Source: Bdellovibrionota bacterium
GTDB lineage: Bacteria > Bdellovibrionota_G > JALEGL01 > DATDPG01
Assembly (NCBI GenBank): GCA_963668355.1
Contig: OY764265.1
Coordinates: forward strand, 2,560,001-2,624,000
DNA: 64,000 nucleotides
Direction: 5' to 3'
Under the pieces are notes generated by a model. The model was not told the origin of the DNA, did not search any database, and saw only the letters and a list, made by a program, of their open reading frames with translations. Made by a program: the position numbers and the translations under genes. Of the stretch, positions 60,124-64,000 are shown in pieces; the first letter of the stretch is position 1, and the number at the start of each line of letters is the position of its first letter.

Positions 60124-60627
60124 ATGGTATTAAACAGTTTTTCAAAGATTCTATTTGATCTTCTGGAAGACATTGAGCTTTCCTCCTCCAAGCTTTACGC
60201 GACGTTCTCCAGAAAATTTCCAAAAGACGCCTCTTTTTGGACGCGGATGACCGAAGAAGAAGAGGTCCACCTAAAATGGGTTCAGAATTTGCGTCTGGAA
60301 GTGGAAAAGGGAAAGGTCCAATTTCACGAGAACATTCTCCGTTTGGAGGACCTCAAAAAAACAACCAAGCTCATTCGAGACCATCAAGCCAAAGCCAAGG
60401 AAAAAAACTTTGACCACGGCGATGCGCTTCGCGCTGCGGCAGAAATTGAAAGCTCAACCCTGGAACAACCGTTTTCGCGCGTCTTCTTTTCGAAAAACCC
60501 AATTCTTCAAAAGGTGATCGATCGTTTCGATCAAGAAAATCAAAAACACGCCACTGACCTAAACAACCGCGTCAAAAATCTTTCGACCCGAACCCCCAAA
60601 AACATTCAAACCCCCCGAAACCGCTAA
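60124..60627 (+). CDS. Ferritin/rubrerythrin-like four-helix protein
   Basis: E...LY, FW..M..EE..H, AAEIE, ENQKH pattern. Confidence 0.6.
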   Translation: MVLNSFSKILFDLLEDIELSSSKLYATFSRKFPKDASFWTRMTEEEEVHLKWVQNLRLEVEKGKVQFHENILRLEDLKKTTKLIRDHQAKAKEKNFDHGDALRAAAEIESSTLEQPFSRVFFSKNPILQKVIDRFDQENQKHATDLNNRVKNLSTRTPKNIQTPRNR

Positions 60628-60671
60628 AAGGCCAGGGCCCAACCCAGCCAAAGGAGGGAGGCCAAGTCTAC

Positions 60672-60717
60672 TTATTCCCAACTGTGGATAAGTCGACTTA
60701 TCCACAGTTGTGCAGAA
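60672..60717. promoter_or_regulatory. Cluster of four DnaA boxes (two perfect) centred on a perfect 32-bp palindrome
   Basis: TTATTCCCA (60672), TGTGGATAA (60683), TTATCCACA (60698), TGTGCAGAA (60709); palindrome 60679-60710. Confidence 0.8.
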
Positions 60718-60987
60718 ACTTTAAGCTGAGACACCCATTTCCCAGAACCCCAAAACGGGATCTAAGTCAGAGGCAAGAGTGCGCCATCTCCCAAATGTGA
60801 AGAATGATTGGAACCTGTGTGCGAAAAAATGAGACCTAAAGGCCCCGTGGCATCTTTTTAAGATCGGGGAAGATTAAAAAAGTGGAATAATTAATGACGA
60901 CAATTGGTCTGGTATTGTCGGATCTTGCCTGGAACCTTTGAACAGCTGGGCCGTGCTGTTTCTACCCCCTATAGATTTGTACGGTAA

Positions 60988-61015
60988 ATTTAACATAATA
61001 TTCATTATCAGAAGT
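60988..61015 (-). other. dif: dif site (XerC/XerD recombination site)
   Basis: Minus strand ACTTCTGATAA-TGAATA-TTATGTTAAAT. The XerD arm is identical to the E. coli arm; 11-6-11 layout; intergenic. Confidence 0.9.
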
Positions 61016-61071
61016 TATATTGGGTCGAGCTTGTGCTGAGAGTTTGCTTTTGGGTTAGGCTCGCCTTTTTC

Positions 61072-61566
61072 TTAGATTTTGTTCTTCTCTTCTAAGGTGG
61101 CTTTTAAGACTTCAATGACCGCCCGATCTTTTGCTCTTCCGAGCCCTTCTTTAAGTTCGATAAGTTTTTCCAACGAAAGAACTTTCAACTCGGTCCCGTC
61201 TTCAAGAAGCAAATCCTCCGAAGTTTTTATCAGATCCTCATACCCCTCATTTAATTCTCCGATGGCCCCCAAAACATCCAATGGACCTAAGTCTGTAATG
61301 AACAATTGGTGGTCCTTGGAATTTAAATGTCTACTTTTTGGCCGCAGGATCCGTTTTCCTTGACCCCGATACTTTGCATCGTGATTTTTAAGAAAATTCA
61401 ATAAGTTGCGTATGTTTTCCTCATTTATGGAGTGAACAACGTCCAAGTCTAATGTGGTGATGGGAGCTCCATGAATGACGGCCGACACTCCGCCCACAAC
61501 AATGAAATCCACATGGTTTTTGCGAAGCTCTTTGAGAATGGAAAGGAATCCCGTTTTTTCTCTCAT
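61072..61566 (-). CDS. MenT/AbiEii-like nucleotidyltransferase (putative toxin)
   Basis: VVGGVSAVIHG...TTLDLDVV; LIELK...RAKD. Confidence 0.75.
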   Translation of the reverse strand: MREKTGFLSILKELRKNHVDFIVVGGVSAVIHGAPITTLDLDVVHSINEENIRNLLNFLKNHDAKYRGQGKRILRPKSRHLNSKDHQLFITDLGPLDVLGAIGELNEGYEDLIKTSEDLLLEDGTELKVLSLEKLIELKEGLGRAKDRAVIEVLKATLEEKNKI

Positions 61567-61739
61567 TTGAGCGCTAGATTGCCACGGCGCAGCAATTCTT
61601 GGGCGGCAGTGGCATTTTCACAGTATTGAATTCTTTCAACCGGAGTTAAGGACAGCATCCAACGAATGAGCGTGCGATCCACGCCATTTTGGTCAATGGT
61701 CTGAGAAGACCTTTCTTTTTTGGAGTCGCCCTTCTTCAT
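61563..61739 (-). CDS. 58-aa putative antitoxin (absent from the ORF track)
   Basis: Translated by hand: MKKGDSKKERSSQTIDQNGVDRTLIRWMLSLTPVERIQYCENATAAQELLRRGNLALK. ATGA overlap with the NTase start. Confidence 0.72.
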   Translation of the reverse strand: MKKGDSKKERSSQTIDQNGVDRTLIRWMLSLTPVERIQYCENATAAQELLRRGNLALK

Positions 61740-61853
61740 TCCCTGAAATTCATACCACGCTCGGCTTTCTTCATCTCTGGAAAATGGTCAGACCGATCTA
61801 GCTTGGGTTAAATCAGGGCTAATGTGCTTTTTTTGCGGATTCCTTCACTTTTT

Positions 61854-63998
61854 TCAGTTTTGAGCCACTTCAGCGCGAAGCAACATGCTCAAGGGAACGG
61901 TTCGATATTTCTTGGCTTTGAGCGTCGAAAGAAGTTCAGGAAGCTTTTCATGTGGGAAGTCTGAGTTTCGATGAGAGCCGAGATGCATCAGAACCACCCC
62001 GCCGTTCAAACCGTGAGAGTCTTTCTTTTCGAAATCCCAAATTCGTTTCAAGATTTCGTCGGAAGAGCGATAAAGGCTGCTCTTCTTGTCTGCTACCCAG
62101 TCCAAGGTGTCCAAACTCATTCTTCCAGATCGAGTCCATCCGACGTGTCGATACCCCAAGGTGGCCGCCCATCGAATGAGTTCTCGATTGATTTCGCCGT
62201 ACGGGGCTCGCCAAAATCGTTTCATTTCGGTTCCGGTGGCCTCTTGATACAACTCTTCCACCTTCAAAAGCTGACGAAACAGCTCCTTCTTTGAAATCAA
62301 AGATTTTCGGGTCTTGGTGTCCACCAACTGATCGTGTTTAAGCATGTGGTTGGCCGCTTCATGGCCGTCTTGGGCAATGCGTCGGGTTACTTCCGGAAAA
62401 TTCTGAATAAAGTCGCCTGTTAAAAAGAAAGTCGTTTGGATACCAAAGTCTTTGAGTGTTTTTAAGATGTCCAAGGCCACGCTCGCTCCAGAACCTCCGT
62501 CAAATGTGACAGCCAATTCCTTGCGATTCAGGCTCCCACGCGTCAGGGAGGGAAAAGCCGTCAAAATGGGAGACGTTTGCCGAGTAGCCTCTTGGGATAC
62601 TTCTTGAAGCCTTTCCTCGACCCAGGCCTGCATGCTTTCATCGTAATGAGCCAGCTGTTCACTTACCTCGGCTCGATGGGAGCCGGATTGTCCGGAAAAA
62701 AACATCAAAGGGAACGCAACCAGCGCCGCCAGCCCCAAGGCCATCCCGCTATAAGCCAACCCCATTTTCCATTTGGGAACCTCTCCTCGAATCCGCTTTC
62801 TAAGTTCCTCTTTAACCTCTTGAATCGACTCGCCTAACCAACGAGACTGCTCCTTGGCCAGGGCCTCCACTTCTTTCTTGAGGCGATCCAAGGCTTCGCC
62901 TCGGACATTTTTAACTTCTTTCACTGCTCCCGCTTTTGCGGCGTAAACCACTTCTTCCCAATTGGCTCTTTGGGCCACAGAAAGCGTCGCAAAATCGTCA
63001 ATCACGCGTTTTAACTCCCGAGAGACTTGATCTCGAACATGCGTGGAAAAATTGTCCAAAGATTCTCGAATGGCCTGTCGGGCGCCTTCGGAAAGGCGTT
63101 CCTGTTCCTTGGCCTGGGAATCCAAATTGGAATAAGCCTTATCCAGAAGCTCTCTCAAGTCTTCTCCCAAGGCTTCGATTTCTTTGACTTGTTGCTCTCT
63201 GAATTCCGCCAAGTCATTGCTCAGTTGCCGGCGTTCCAGAGCCAAAGAGCTGTCAATCTTGGCTCCATATTCCAGAAGCTCCTTGGATCTTTCCTTGGAG
63301 AGATGTTCCGCCTGATCCGATACCTTTTTCTCGGAAATGTGAATCTCCGTGCCCAAAAAGGCGGCCTTTTCCTTCAATTCGTTTCCGGCCGCTTCGAATT
63401 GTTTTTGAAGAGCCTCCGACAACCCCAGAAAGGAGTTTTTCATTTCCTCAAGTAAAACTTGAGACTTTTGATCTACAGTTTCTTTTGTAGATTCCGCCAC
63501 CTCAATGCTATTTTCTCGATTTAATCTTAGTCCAGAGACAAGGCTGTCGAATTCTTCTTTTTGTTCTTTGACGCGATCTTTTAAAGAATTTTCCAGTTTC
63601 TCAAAAGCTTCGCTTAGACGAAGTCGGGTGCTCTCATGATCATTTGCGAGATTTTGGAGTCCCTCACTGACTAGCTCGCGGCTTTTTTCCTGCTCTTGAG
63701 CCAGTTCTTCTTTCTCGTCTCGAACAACCTGTTTTGTTTCTTCAATGAGGCTTTGAAGATTCCTTTCGAGATCTTCAATCCGACGCTGCCCTTCTTGGAT
63801 TTTGTTTTGGAGGCGCTGGTTTTCCTCTTCCAGATTTTGAGTCAAACCTTGGAATTGAGAAGGAAGGGTTTCATCCTGCAAACGTGCCATCCGCTCGGAA
63901 ATGCTTCGCACTTGTTCCAAATGGTTGCGGTATATGCGCTCAAGCTGTTCTTTTAAATCGACCAGGCGCTCACGACCATCTACGGTAACTTGTTTCAC
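61854..63998 (-). CDS. Coiled-coil, TM and NodB-type polysaccharide deacetylase protein, probably 5'-partial
   Basis: >400 aa of heptad-rich sequence; TM MGLALAALVAFPLMFF-like segment; TFDGG, NHMLKH, RAPYG, DTLDW, LMH. Confidence 0.85.
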   Translation of the reverse strand: MKQVTVDGRERLVDLKEQLERIYRNHLEQVRSISERMARLQDETLPSQFQGLTQNLEEENQRLQNKIQEGQRRIEDLERNLQSLIEETKQVVRDEKEELAQEQEKSRELVSEGLQNLANDHESTRLRLSEAFEKLENSLKDRVKEQKEEFDSLVSGLRLNRENSIEVAESTKETVDQKSQVLLEEMKNSFLGLSEALQKQFEAAGNELKEKAAFLGTEIHISEKKVSDQAEHLSKERSKELLEYGAKIDSSLALERRQLSNDLAEFREQQVKEIEALGEDLRELLDKAYSNLDSQAKEQERLSEGARQAIRESLDNFSTHVRDQVSRELKRVIDDFATLSVAQRANWEEVVYAAKAGAVKEVKNVRGEALDRLKKEVEALAKEQSRWLGESIQEVKEELRKRIRGEVPKWKMGLAYSGMALGLAALVAFPLMFFSGQSGSHRAEVSEQLAHYDESMQAWVEERLQEVSQEATRQTSPILTAFPSLTRGSLNRKELAVTFDGGSGASVALDILKTLKDFGIQTTFFLTGDFIQNFPEVTRRIAQDGHEAANHMLKHDQLVDTKTRKSLISKKELFRQLLKVEELYQEATGTEMKRFWRAPYGEINRELIRWAATLGYRHVGWTRSGRMSLDTLDWVADKKSSLYRSSDEILKRIWDFEKKDSHGLNGGVVLMHLGSHRNSDFPHEKLPELLSTLKAKKYRTVPLSMLLRAEVAQN

Positions 63999-64000
63999 CC

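Noticed and set aside
60628..61071. Definitive oriC call
   Set aside because: No origin-linked genes, no clear DnaA-trio run next to the boxes, and the adjacent AT-rich stretch is explained by dif. Kept only as an alternative hypothesis.

Overview
Chromosomal DNA from a Gram-negative bacterium. A Bdellovibrionota/'deltaproteobacterial' affinity is inferred from the DUF4388-like proteins, the TIGR02266-type PilZ, the TSP3-repeat OmpA and the many lipoproteins. Most of the window is housekeeping: speA/speB, an M16 protease pair, dgt, an 11-gene Mrp/Mbh-type antiporter operon downstream of lat, ligA, ihfA, a nuoACDHIJKLMN operon lacking nuoB and nuoEFG, a tRNA nucleotidyltransferase, trmB, a family-5 UDG, pcm, ddl and a prokaryotic SLC12 cation-chloride cotransporter. 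The right end looks like the replication terminus, with a canonical XerCD dif site at 60988-61015. About 270 bp from dif is a tight four-DnaA-box array built on a perfect 32-bp palindrome. Directly beside dif is an unannotated 58-aa ORF plus MenT-like nucleotidyltransferase pair, and a 145-bp tandem duplication lies about 1.4 kb away. Other notable items are a giant lipoprotein whose M30-like peptidase domain has lost its HExxH motif, a highly structured dsbD-ihfA intergenic region, a 63%-lysine H1-like protein, and a 45-aa Mrp-operon gene missing from the ORF track. All calls come from reading motifs by eye; no database searches were run.
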